Origin: Macrostomum lignano
Lineage: Eukaryota
Length of the DNA: 62,514 nucleotides
Assembly: GCA_002269645.1 (NCBI GenBank)
Contig: NIVC01001159.1
Coordinates: 104,197 to 166,710, forward strand
Direction of reading: 5' to 3'
Position 1 is the stretch's first letter; each line of letters begins with the position of its first letter. Below the pieces are notes generated by a model that made no database searches, was not told the origin of the DNA, and saw only the letters and a program-made list of their open reading frames with translations. Positions 22,529 through 35,081 of the stretch are shown here, in pieces. The position numbers and the translations under genes were made by a program.

Positions 22529-22576
22529 CGCGGGAGCGCTTCGGTTTCGTCCAGTCGCCCATGGCCTGCCGGCGCA

Positions 22577-23653
22577 TGTGGTAGTTGGGTACCACCAATT
22601 TATTATTGGCTCATATGGTTTCTTAATAACATTACAGTTTCTGGACAATAAAATTATGTGTACCCTATTCTGGTCCCCGTTAGTCCACTCCCTGGCGCAA
22701 GTCATGACGTATTTCTGCCCTCTTTCTGTTCCCCTTGCCCCATTTTCTGGCTCTATATGACCAAATTGTGTTTTCCTTTTGTTTTACTATGTATTTCTGC
22801 GGTAATTTTGTTGAATCCCCTTTTTGGCCTTTTGAGTTTCGCCCTTCCCTAGTTTCTGGGCCTCGCAAGCCTTTTTGTGACCTGTTTCCTGGGTATTTAT
22901 TCCCGCCCCTTGCGCCTGTCCTCCCCTCAATCTCCTTTCTCCCTCTCTCTTGCTTTTTCCCCTTTCTTCTACTCTTTCCGACATGCCCCTTAACTTAATA
23001 ATGTTTAGTTAACGTAGTCTATTACTTGAAGGAAAGAAAACCTAACTTAGTTTTATTTAAGTAAGCCTGCACCGCGGCACCCCTGATTCATCTGTCGTCG
23101 GTGGTCTCTTATTTTACACGCGTGAGGCCTAGTTTAATATTTTCAGTTTTTTTATACTAACTCGATAAGCAATAAACTCGCATTAATTTGCTGCAAACTG
23201 TTTTCAATAAAAGCCATAGCTTAACTTAAGTCATTTGCCCATGGGGCGTAAAATAACCCAGTCTCACCTCGAAGCAAGCTCTGAGACTTTTTCAACATTC
23301 CGTAATACGCAAATTACGGTGGTGGCAGCACTACTCTACTGTTAGTAACACAACAAGAATACGAGACTCATTCAATCTACGGTGTCTGAGGACCCGCCAT
23401 CTGAACGCTCGCGCCAAACAAAGGCCGCTCGCCTACGACCAAAACTACCCTCCCCCTAGGATTGAGGACCCCGGCAGACGGAGTATCTACGAGTTGTTTT
23501 CATCGGGATCCGTTCACGCAAACTTTCCGGATTTAATTCGTGCGAAATAATGATGGCGCCCAATCAAAGGCCCGAGCCGCTCAAATTCGACATTAGATCA
23601 AGTGAACACCAGACAATCCCGACCACCCCCAAGTCTAAATCGCCCCCACCTCA
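22577..23653 (+). repeat. 3' LTR
   Basis: Copy of the 5' LTR, followed by the TSD ttat. Confidence 0.97.
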
Positions 23654-24406
23654 TTATATTGTGTAAAATTATTATAGGCCTGGTAAATGACAACATTAGA
23701 TTTAGGCATAGGAGTCAATAAATTATAAAAGGTATGCATAAAGCTTATCTAGACTATGCTTTATCTTCTTTAGGGTATAAACTATAGTCTGCTAAGCAAC
23801 ACTTAAAAAATGCATAGGGGGCCTATTTATGATTTTTGATGTAGCCAAAATGAGAAAACAAAAAGCAATGAGACTAAAGCCTAGTAGAAAAATGTGATGC
23901 TACCTGAGTGCCTTCTATTGCTTTACTCTACTGCTATAAGTCCATGGTCAACTGTCAAGTTCTTACTATATTTTTGTTTATAACTTATAACTTTAGGCCT
24001 AGTTTTAACTATTGTCTTTTATTAAATTTATTTAATATGCCTATCTTATTAAAGATAGGCCTATTAATAACTTTTAGTATTAAAGCCAAGCCAATATAGA
24101 GAAAAATTTTTACAATTAAAAATAATACTACTTTTTTAATAAAACTGTAGCCCTCATAGCCATAATTCCCTAGCCTAGGCTAAGCTAGGCCTAATTGAAG
24201 GCTTATAAAAATTCTCTAAGGTCCCCAAGGCAAGGGGTATCCTTGGGATTAGGAATAGATTTTTAAGGTTTAAAACTTAAAGATTAGACCCTAAGGAGTT
24301 TGTAGACTTGCAATCATGCAATGTTGCAATACTTTGCTGAAACTTCACACAGGCGTTTGCAACTTAAGTAAGTCTAATTGCAATTCCTTAAACAATTACA
24401 AGAAAT

Positions 24407-24968
24407 GGCAATCCTACACTTCCGTTCGGTAAATTATTTTGACACTGAATTTTGAACAGGCGTGTTAAATAACAATGTAACCAAACAAAACTGAAACAGT
24501 GGAACATGGTAGCAGTCTGTTAGAGTGCATAGTCACTTAGAGTGTGTCTGCAGGTCATTAAGGTGTCTATAATGGATAGTAATGTCCAATCCAGTACAGG
24601 ATAGCCCCAAATGGACATTGGGGATATAGACAATGCCAGAGGAATTCCTCAATGTGTGCATTGAAGAGAGCATCGCTCGTGCTATGCATGTTGCAGATCT
24701 TGCACTTTGCGTGGGCCTATGTGCCCTCCACGGTGTTGGTGTGGACTATTGGGTCTGCTGGATCTACGAAGTGCAGCCGATGGGAAATGAGAAATTGAAG
24801 CTCAAAAAACAAGCAGCTCACAAGCAACAGCTCCCTTAAACTGACACCCCCTTAAACTCTGTTCGCTCAAACTTTTGGCCATAGACACATTGCCAATTGA
24901 CGTCATTTGACTCGGTGGTACGAATTCAAATGTTAAAATAATTTACCGAACGGAAGTGTAGGATTGCC
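24407..24968. mobile_element. MITE / non-autonomous DNA transposon with ~45 bp terminal inverted repeats
   Basis: ggcaatcctacacttccgttcggtaaattatttt at 24407 is the exact reverse complement of aaaataatttaccgaacggaagtgtaggattgcc ending at 24968. No clear TSD and no transposase. Confidence 0.75.
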
Positions 24969-26230
24969 CTAGACTATATGTGAGAGATCAAGTAGATGAG
25001 GGGAGAAGAGAAGAGAGATGAGATGAGAGGCGCAAGAACCGAGAGGAGAGCTGAGAAGAGAAAAATCTTGAACAGGGCCAACAGGCTAGATTATGTATGG
25101 CTGTATGCTACTGACTAGGCCTACTGCAATAGCAGTAGCAGTATGGGAAAGTTTCAATCAAAGGACCCGACCCGAGTGGCAGATGGCCCGGGAGCCAGAG
25201 CTTGCCAACCCCTAAAGTGTATAACAGTGTCTTCAGTTATTCTTATTCAGCTATCATTGATTCATTACTTAGTAAATAATTTAATTAGTAATAGTAATTA
25301 TTTTGTTTGCGAGAAATTCGTTTGAGTTTATTTCCGTCGACTCGTGTTTAGCGTTTCTGGGAAAGAGCTCTTTTTTTGCTATTTGAAATTACTATATTAT
25401 CACTATAACAAAATGCACATAGGGCTAATGTTTAGGGAAGGAACCAAATGCTCAAATGACCTTGGGATTACCTCTATCGAAGTTTAACTTCCTGGTTTCT
25501 TATCAGAATCAGAAACAAGTAAATAAATTAATTCGAATCCACTAACTCTTTGGATTTGTAAGCAGCAAAAAAGCTTCGGATCGGAACCTAGCTATAAAAA
25601 TTGGAACAAGCAAAATGAACTGTTCTGGATGTATTTTTAGTTTTGAATTGTCCTTAAAGTTACGAACAATTTTGACGCAAATGAAGCACAGTATGTACTC
25701 CTTCTTTCGATCTTCCTCCTAGCTGAGAGCTAAGTGTAGCATATCTTGACCTGAGATCACTTATTATTTAATTTATAAGTAATACTTTATTGCTCACAGT
25801 AACTGTGATATTAACACCAATATCCCAGTTAATGTGTGCCAGTTTGAGTGCTTAGAGGCGGGACCCGCCATACCTCGCACTATATTTCATGCTTGCACAT
25901 ATGTATCTATAGATATTTTTACGAAAAAAATAATGTAGCTTAAACGCTTATGCAGCTCTTCTGAACCAAGTGCTGAGCTCATGAAAAAGTAGCGCATTTT
26001 GAAGCATTAAAATCAATACAATGCCTCGATGCTTGCAGTTATGCATCACAAAATTCTAAAAGCAAGCGGCGCGGCTTTCTCTGCCAAAAAACTGCCTTTG
26101 AAAAACAACAATTCGATCCTTAGCTATTCACACTAAAAGGCATTTAAAGGCGATGAAAAAAGAGAGTTGCCTGCCAAATAATCTAGCTGACTCGCTATGC
26201 CAGCTCGATAACTATCGGGCTCCGAGCATT

Positions 26231-27016
26231 ATGTCTGCTCTCTGCAGAATTTTCATAATTGTTCCTATCTTGAGCTGCCTAGTCGGCGTCTCTCACTGCC
26301 GGCAGTTCCACGCCTCAGACATGGGTTGTTTCTTCGACTTCAACAACAGCGTCAGAGACTTCAGCGGACCGAATTTCCTGGGCCTGACGCGCGTTGGTGC
26401 CTTTAGAGTAGAGCAGTTTGAATTCAATTCAGATGCAGGTATGGTTTACAGCAAAAATATGAGTCAGGAGTTCTGCGGCAGCATCTGTGCCCTGGGAGGC
26501 TTCAAATTCATGGCTCTGCAGGCTGAGACATGGTGCTTCTGCGATGAGTCCTACGGGTCGCTGGGCAAAGCGCCTGAGAGCGAATGCAGGTCACCCTGCG
26601 CTGCCAATTCCACCCAGAATTGCGGCGGAATTTACAGAAATCGCGTGTTCCTTCTGACCTACGGCGGTGGAGAGCTGCACAATGTCGATTACAGTACCTG
26701 CAGAAGTAGGTGATTCTTTGGGGAATTATTAGGAGGGAAAACGTCAACATCTAATTTAAAATTGTATTCGTTCATTGCAGACCAGAACTTTTTCGTCCTC
26801 GGAAATCGGACCTTCGTTGAGATCAGCGCCCAGAATGTGCCTGCCTTCAGGACTTTCGCCGCTCCTTCGCTACCCGACTGCGTGCTGCTGTGTCACTCCG
26901 GTTGCCAGGCGGTGATATTCAGCCAGCAGCAGCTCCTGTGCCACCTGCTGGACTATGCTGTCGTCCCGGCCGCTCTCAGCAGTGCCAGCAGCGGCGACTT
27001 CTTTGTCCGTGGCTGA
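26231..27016 (+). CDS. Secreted protein: signal peptide + WSC domain + PAN/apple-like domain, 2 exons
   Basis: Exons 26231-26666 and 26781-27016 (phase 1). Hydrophobic N-terminus; WSC pattern GCF..MSQEFCGSICA..WCFCD..SECRSPCAANSTQNCGG; PAN-like SLPDCVLLCHSGCQAVIFS..LCHL. Confidence 0.8.
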
Positions 27017-27434
27017 GTGGAAAACTTCTAAAGATCCGATAAGTCTGAAATCAACTCACGACTTTTTATTAACAAGTTTAATAAGAAACAATAATGCCAA
27101 ATTCATTGCTACCCAGACACTTTTCCTATAGGAGCCATTCCTTCCGTTTATGACTTCTGTAACTACCTGACAGAACAACTTTCTTTAGATAAAAGTAAGG
27201 TCGCAAGCTAAATTGAAGCATTAAATAAATTTTTCAGCAGTGAAATGCTTGGCCAACTGTATGCTTCATTCTGAAAAGTGTTCTTTGACGTAATTTTTGT
27301 CAGTAGTCATTCCAAATTTATTACGCTCACGTATGTGCAAACATTGATGTCTCTCGGTTATCCACGGAAGTTTTATTTTAATGAGTTAGTATTGGAACGA
27401 TCGTTATGAATGATTTACTAATATCAAGTAGTGA

Positions 27435-27727
27435 CAACAACAACAACAACAATAACAACAACAACAAAATACGCTGTCAGGATGGCAAAAGTCAGCGTCA
27501 CAGGGCGCGCTTCATGGCTTGGGCGCGAACAAAGGCCGCGCCACCGGCAGTGTCCGGGGCGCCAGCGTCAGCCAGCAGACAGTCGACATAACGCCGAGTT
27601 CGCGCTTGACCTCGCCGGTAGGGTGCCTGCAGCGTGAGCAGCAGCACCTCCTGTACCGGCTGTGGGCAGTACGACTCGGCGCGGATGAGATGGCCTGCGA
27701 GCTGGAGTCGCCGACGGCGCAGTAGAT
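27435..27727 (-). mobile_element. 5'-truncated non-LTR retrotransposon (RTE-like) 3' end with (TTG)n tail
   Basis: DLLRRRRLQLAGHLIRAE..YRRGQARTRRYVD..KRAL* resembles an RTE ORF2 C-terminus and is followed by a short UTR and a (CAA)n run on the plus strand at 27435-27465. Confidence 0.75.
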
Positions 27728-28994
27728 CAGTTTTATTAATTAAGTTATTGCTACTTATAAGTGATAACAGAATATGGAAAGCGAATTTTTTATAATACAC
27801 GAGTGTGCAAAACATTCGTGCACACTGACTTATATTGAATGTCGTATAACTTCGAAAGGTGTCTTCTCCAAAGTTTTAGGTTCAAGCTCAGTGGTTGAGA
27901 CCATGCAGCTGACGAAGGAAGGGTAAAATACACGGAAACCTTAAGTTTTATTAATTAAGTTATTGCTACTTATAAGTAGTCCTACTACTTAGAAGTCGTC
28001 ACAAAAAGCAAAAAAAACAATTTATGAACAGCATACGCCAGCATATTATATGTTAGTTTTTTATTACGATCAGTATAAGCAGAAATACAACATTATTCCT
28101 TTTGTTCAGATTGTGCTCAATTACCATGCTTATGAAGTGCGTGCAATTAATAGGTACTTTTAAAGCCATCTTTCTTACTGGAGATATTCTTAGGTTAATG
28201 TCACATTTATGTCTTGACAAACTGAAGATGCCACAGGCTTGGTACATTATCATGTGTAATCATCATTTTAACAACAATGAAGCCACTGCTTTACAGGTGG
28301 CGGGCTTATAATTAAAGTGCAGACTCCGAAAACCTCGATCCGCCATAAACAATTACTAAACAGAGGTGCATTTGGTAAAGAGAAAAGTATACTACATAAA
28401 AAACTAATTTTGTAATTAATTCGATTAGCAAGCGTTAGAACGTTAGTCGCTAATACTCTACTTCATACGCCTATTCGCGGGTTAAAGCAGACGTCAGCGA
28501 TGCAGTTCGATGTTGCCGGCGTCCATCAAATCGTAGGAAAATTGCAAATGGGTATTTTTACACAACACTGAAATTGTGATCCGGCACGTGAAAATGTGAA
28601 AATACCCATTTTCCAGCGACTTCCATCAGCGTGGGGGTAGGTCGCGCGGGATGCTGGTCGCTGCATTCAATAAGCTGTAGCAAAGATCGCTTAATTTCTA
28701 TTAGTGCTTTTACAGGCTTCTTCACCCTGCCAATCTAATCGAGAAAGTTGGGATCAAGAGCCGACTGTGTGGACGGCTGCATTCCAACAGTAAAGCAACA
28801 GGTGAGCCAGATGAGCCACCCGCGGCTTCCAATGTGATTTGGCATCTAAAGTAGCCCTTTCATAACTTTTCCGTGTGGACTCTAGCGGAACGAAACTGAA
28901 GCAAGATCAACAGTCTATCTCAAAGTTTTTCGCTGTTATTATCAGGAAATTAAATTAGCAAATACGAGTATTGAGGCTCGACTCAAAGCGCCGT

Positions 28995-31900
28995 TCACTT
29001 TCTGGCCAGGCTGCCAGCTAAGCGAGCCACAATTGCGGCATCTCTGTACGCAATAACGCCCTGCATGTTGCACCACGCGTTAGAGCCTGACGCCTTGGCC
29101 TCCGGCTTGTGGTAGGTCACCTGCAGCTCAGACAGGTCGCCAGTCAGCTGGGGGGCAGCCAGCGCCGGGGCCTGCTTCACAACACCACCGCCCATAGCTC
29201 GGAGCACGGCGTGCGGCGCGCACGTGTCCCACCTGTAGGTGTTGTCCTTGGACAGCACGTAGGCTGAGCACAGGCCGTCGATGACACACAGAAGTTTGTA
29301 GCCGGCTCCCGGCGCCGTTCGAATATCGAAGCTCTCGCACAGGTAGGTGCCCAACTTCTTGCAGTCCGACATCGAAGTGAGAACTGTTGGCTTAGAAGCG
29401 TTGGCTGCGGCCGCAGTCGAGTTGTCGCCGTCGGCATTTGGAGCGGCGCCAGGCGTTTGCCAGATGCGCAGGTCGCCAAGGCACGCGCCCCAGACCATCC
29501 GGCCTGTCCAGCTGAAATGCAATTTATTTTATTGATAGCAGATGTACCAATAGCAGGCCTGTGAATAAATGTTCAGTCTACTTCTAGATCGGCAGCTTTA
29601 AAACCGATTCGTTTATTATTGACTGACTTCACTTTGAAAAAACCCCTTTTTTCTATGGAAGCCTAATTAACCGATTCAGTTTTCATCATCCATTAAGACA
29701 GCGGTTTTCATCGTGAAGGCAATAAAACTGCGTGCAGTTACTTCGAGAAGTTCTCGATGGCGACGATGGCCCGTTTGATGATGTTGTGCGCAATCTCGAC
29801 TCGGCAATGGAACAGAGTCGAGGAGGCTGGTTTTCTTTACTCTCTGAGCATACCTAGCTTGCCGTGTATTTAGCCCCGAAGCAAGTATACCTCAGCGGTT
29901 ATTATTGAATTTTTCGCTGTGCCTCCTGCCCCGAAAAATCGCATGCTTTCTGCCCTTGCAAGCAGCGAAAAAAGGTAGGTGAAGGATAAGGTGAGGTAGC
30001 GGCCGCCTTCGCTAACAAACCCTGACAAAATCTAATCAATCTTTCGCGCAGCCCTGTCCCTGCATGGTCACTCCCGACACGTCGGATGCTTTCAAAGAAT
30101 GAAAAATTACCTCGGATCCTAATGCCTTTGAAGAGCTTGAAAAATGGGCATTGGCAATTCGCATCCTGCAGCTTTGAAACTAATTTTCCTGCTTGTAGCA
30201 TCTTCTAGCACTGGGTTAGAAATCTTTGATTCTGTCAAACACACTTAACTAACCATCAAAGCAGACTGTTGGATGGCTAGTTAGCCAGATGATCTATTCA
30301 GATAGGCAGTACTTCAATGCCTGATGCTCCTGGCATCTCAGAAAATCACTCGCTTTGGTGCATAAAGGCTATTATATGGCGTGTATCGGAGAGCTGATAA
30401 AGCGGCTTCGATGGTAAAAAAATTAAAACCCGACCAATAGTCCGTATTTTAGTGTCTGGCTCCAGCTGGATAGTACTACATCAACTTTGCATACACACCA
30501 GTCAGCAGATAATAGTCAACTTTTAGTTGGCATGGCTGAGCTAAAAGTTAATGACCAAGCGCGTACAGAAGACGCCAGCTACATGTACATGTACTCACGC
30601 CTTGCCGTCCATTGTCCGGAAGAACGGCTGGTTGATGACGCCCATGATCGGCAGGCCGGTGGCTTTGTCGAACACGCCGATAAGCACGGTGACATTCGGT
30701 AGGCCGTTCTGACTGACCGTCTCCCCCGGCCGGAACTCGGGGTCCCTGCCACCGGAGATGTACTCGGCCGTGCCGTCTGGAAGAGAATTTTTAAAGAATA
30801 TTGAGTCAAAACCGTACAGTAATCTGACGTCGATACGTCCGATAAGTCAACGGACGTTGTAGGAAGTCAGAATATTTGTATAAAAAAATCGTACAAAGCT
30901 GCTCGTCAGATCCGGCCTCAACTCACCAATGGGATCAATCCATAGGCCGATGGACTTTTTGTCCAGCTGCACCGAGTCCAGCTGATCAGCTTGTGCCGGC
31001 CTTGGCACCGTTACCTCCTCGTGAACGAGCCCGGTAAGAACAGTGGCTGCTCGATCATTGCCATCCAAGATTTTAGCTGGAAAAAATCATTAATAATTTT
31101 TATTCCAGGTGTTCAAATTGCATATGGTTACAGTGACGTTATAAAGTCATGGAGCTATGCGCTTATAATGATAAAATTTTTGAAGGGCTGAAGGGCTATG
31201 ACGACTGCCTTTTGGCAACATCGTCATAGGACCACTTTTGAGTCAATTCTGCCGATTCTGCTAGCTCCTGGGCATCATACAAGTGGGTAGACGATCACAT
31301 AGGGTGCACGGCAGCCCTGAATTTCCAATAGTTAGACATGTACACTGTCTGTGCCTTGGGGGTTAACCCTGATGGGTTTGAATCGAACGGCAACCCCTCG
31401 GCCAAAGGAATGTGACTTTGCACGGAATCAAACCTGGTGTCGTGGAGCGAGAGTCAGATCGTGTTTACCGCTAAGCTTCTTTGTTCCCTGGCTATCCATG
31501 TATGCTTTTTTATGCACCTCTGGCTGAACCGCTTGTTTCCGCGTTTCTTAATTACCGGATGTTTACTCTGTCGCCGAGGATAGCTTAAGATATAGAGCTC
31601 CAGTTATCTGCAAAATTCTGCTTCAGACCAGCAATGGTTTCTTACTGAGCACGGAGTGAGTCTTCTTGCGATTCTCCTTGATCTCCACGGTGACCGTGTC
31701 ACCCACAGTGTTGGTGAATTTGTTGTTCTCTTCGCCCAGAACCCGCTTGCCGAGGCCGGGAAACTGCCGAAATTGTTTTACGGGAGCAAAATTCATTCGG
31801 GCGAAGTCTTGGCAGTTGCGTTTTTTAAGCAAGCCAGCGCCATAAAACCCTTTGTGACGTAAATAAGCAGTGTTGAATGTATTCGATCCTGATAAACTTA

Positions 31901-34900
31901 TTATTAAGTTGATACTTAAAAAACCTGGGTCACTGGAGCCAGCTGTGCCCCACAAAATCCTGGTCTTCTACCGTTTCCATCGCAGCAAAACTGGGACAGA
32001 AAAGTTTTAGATTTTGCGTCGAAACTGACTTCTAAAAGACTTCACAACTCGTGACACCGATTGCAGACAATTTTACAGTATAATCATAAACTGATCTGCA
32101 TGGATTTGGCTATTTTGGAGCTTATCTAGACAGGCAGTGAGTGCTGCACAGCGGTAGGTTCGCGTCCGTTTAATTTTATACGCTTGTGAAACACCTGCAA
32201 TAGAAGAGTTTTCCCAAGTCATAATAATAATCATTCTGCAACTATTGGATCTTAGTGAGCGAGGCTACAGTCACTGCGTGTATTCAATCAAATAGAAACT
32301 CTCTTGAATCAATTTTCATACTCATCAGATTATATGCGTACACACGGCTGACCGAGAAAAAATTTGGCTAGCTAGTCGAAATTCTGGATGTCAGGAGAAA
32401 GTTCTGACGAAGCAAGAAGACGATGAGCGAACATGTACCTACGCTTTTATCATTAGAATGACTGCCTTTTTTAAATTGCGTATCTTCACCCGGAACCTCT
32501 CTTCCTTCGCTCTTTGCCCCTTCCTTTCTATAGCCAAAGCGATGCCTCTCATTTTCATCCCTGCTGCACTTTTTCAGCTCCCTAGAAGCCGCTAAGCCCC
32601 CGTCGCCATGCAGCCACCGGGTCAGGGTGTGTTGTGCAGAATCTTTTCCTGCAAAGGATTAGCGAGGCAAAGCTTCTGTACACTGTTGGCTTTCACAGCG
32701 AGAAAGAACTGTTTTAAACAAATACAGTCGATCTAATTCCGACAGAAGCTCCCCATCAAAAATACCTGCTGGCGTAGAACAAAGGAGAGGCAGGAGAAAA
32801 GCCCTCGGTAGGAAATGGCGCCCATTGTTCTGTCTCAGTCAGTTCAGTAAATTTTCACTCAGTTTCAAGCAATCTACTCACGTCAGGCTTTCAACTATAC
32901 AGTTTGTTGTTGCCTTTGCTGGCTTAATCCTCTTGGGGGGCAGAAGAGAATGAGGAGCTTTTCCTCGCGGGTGATGGAGCACTGGCCCGAGACGGAGGTC
33001 CCAGAAGGGTTGCTGGCTTATTTCGATCTGGCCGTCTGACGCGGGATTTGTCTGTCCAACATTTGAGAAAAAGCTTTCGGCCAGAAAATTGCTTACGAGC
33101 TATTTTGGATTTTAGTCTTTATTTGTTCTCCCGTTCCACTTTCACTGAGCTTAGCTGAGCTTCCAAAGGCTTCGGTTTTTACAAGAGAAACTTTTTACCG
33201 CTGGAAGGATTTACTTATGCGGGATTTTGGCCAGAAATATGGAGTCTGGACCGGTCAGCCTTTGCTTTCGTGAGAAAGTCGAGCAGCCTCATGAATCCCC
33301 AGTGGTAATTAAAACCTAGGCCGTCAAGTGATGATTGAATGGCATGCAGATTCAAAATCTAAACTGAATTGTTTTCCTGATTGAGTATTTTTCAGTGGCA
33401 AAATTGTTTTCAAGTTTCTGAAGAATTGACTGCAGTGACATGTTTAGCTCTTACCTTTTGCATCTATTTAACAAACTTGAGTTAAACTATTTAACATGTA
33501 CATGTATTTTCTAAATTTTATTTGTTTTCTGAGTTTTAATTAGCCATGTAGGACGAATACACGGGCATGATTTTGGTTGCGAGAAGACGTAATGGTGAGG
33601 CACTGTGTGATCAAACTCATTGGCTGATTGAGCAGTTGTTACATAGTCTTATTTATCCATTGTTGGTGCATCGAAGTTCGAAAGTACGTCAAGAGAATGA
33701 TAAAACTACGAGTACACAGTGCAACTAGTTCAACTGGCTCTTAGTGCCATAAAATCAATAAGCTTAGAGCAAAGTGTTTTTCCTTCTTAAAGAAGATGAC
33801 GGCCTTTTATGTTGATTGGACGCCAAAGTCATTTTTAGGATCAGGTGAGTTCAGTGTTTAGGCCCTTGCACGGTCCAAAACTGACTCCAGAACGCCAAGA
33901 GATCGATTTCACGAAGCAGCACAGCAACTGCCTGCGTGAGCTCAGTGCTTTCCCACTTGGTCAGGAGGAACCCACCCAGAAACAGCTTCAAGCCGCCGTG
34001 TGTCAGATTTCCTTCTCCAAGAATTTTAATTTCAAATCTCGACGCCAGAAAAACTTTCCTACTTACAAAAGAAACTTCGCTAGCTCGCCTGGCCCTGAGC
34101 CAGCGGCGGAGAAATCAATTTTCGGCTTTGCCTGGAAACGAGTCAGCCGGTCGGGCGGGAGGAGGATGTCCAGAAGAAATCCGTTCGGCGGCCACGCCCG
34201 TCGGCAGGGTAGCCGCTGAGGCGTCTCAAATTTCACTCTCTTTAGCGGGAGGGTCAGTCAAGACAAATCTGAGCGCTCAGATCGACCCTGTGTGGGACGA
34301 ACAGAAATCGATTTGGATGGGAAAGGGCAGATTTTTGTTAAAGTCTCTCTTCGCTAGAATATCAATTTAATTGATACAGTCTGGTGAAATACTTAAGTCA
34401 AAATTTCTGACACGATAGCTGCATGGGCCTTGATCTGGAAGGAGCTTGAAAACTAAAAAGTTAAAAAAGACTTAACAGCAGATTCAGAATAAGATTCGAT
34501 GTAAATAATTAGCAAGCATCTTAGACAGAGCGAACGGTAATTCAATTGAAAACCAATTTTGTTAAAATTCGGAAATTCCCACGGGCGATCTTTCTCGCCT
34601 TATCTAACTAAATTTCCTTCGTCAATAAGTCCCTGAGGAGGTCAGAGAGCCCTTTTTTTCCTAATTGAATTGGTCTGTTTCACTGTTACAATGCAAGCAT
34701 CGAATTGAATGAATTTTGGCGCTTTCTCACTAGCCATGATGTCTTTGCTCGGCAGCAGGGGCCATTATAGTTAAAGAGTTGGTTAGTTGAGAAGACAGAG
34801 ACAGTTGGAGAGCAAAGTAAGAAGCACTTGCAAGTTTGTTGTGCATAGAGATTAGAGCGGTAGAAACGCACCTTCTTCTCCAAGTCATGCCTGACCATCT

Positions 34901-35081
34901 CCTGCACCAGAACATCGGCCAGCGTCTTGAAATCGAAGCCGAACCTCTTGCCCTTGTCATCGCCCGTCTTCTCCTCGATGAGCAGGTGAAAGAGCGACTC
35001 CTCGCGGCGGATCGCCCTGGCCAGTTCGGCAGACTTTTCAGCAGCGTTGAGCAGCTCGCAGAGCAGTTCCGAGGCTTTCAT
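28995..35081 (-). CDS. INPP1: Inositol polyphosphate 1-phosphatase (FIG/IMPase superfamily), 5 exons
   Basis: Exons 35081-34872, 31763-31646, 31076-30927, 30776-30599 and 29511-28995 are phase-consistent. Motifs: DFKTLADVLVQE, GEENNKFTN, WIDPIDGTAEY, GVINQPF, YKLLCVIDG, WDTCAPHAVLRAMGG. Confidence 0.93.

Larger units (their letters stand above)
13353..23653 (+). mobile_element. Full-length Ty3/Gypsy LTR retrotransposon (10.3 kb), coding-defective
   Basis: TG..CA LTRs of 1077 bp each, 4 bp TSD TTAT (13349-13352 and 23654-23657), a PBS, and domain order gag-PR-RT-RH-IN. Confidence 0.97.

Noticed and set aside
27730-27977. 33 bp direct repeat as a LINE TSD
   Set aside because: Both copies lie on the same side of the LINE fragment, so it is not a flanking duplication
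28546-28611. 13 bp inverted repeat (aaatgggtatttt/aaaatacccattt)
   Set aside because: Too short to assign; no TSD or function evident
33845-34370. Nested gene in INPP1 intron 1
   Set aside because: The overlapping ORFs have no recognisable motif and I found no phase-consistent exon chain
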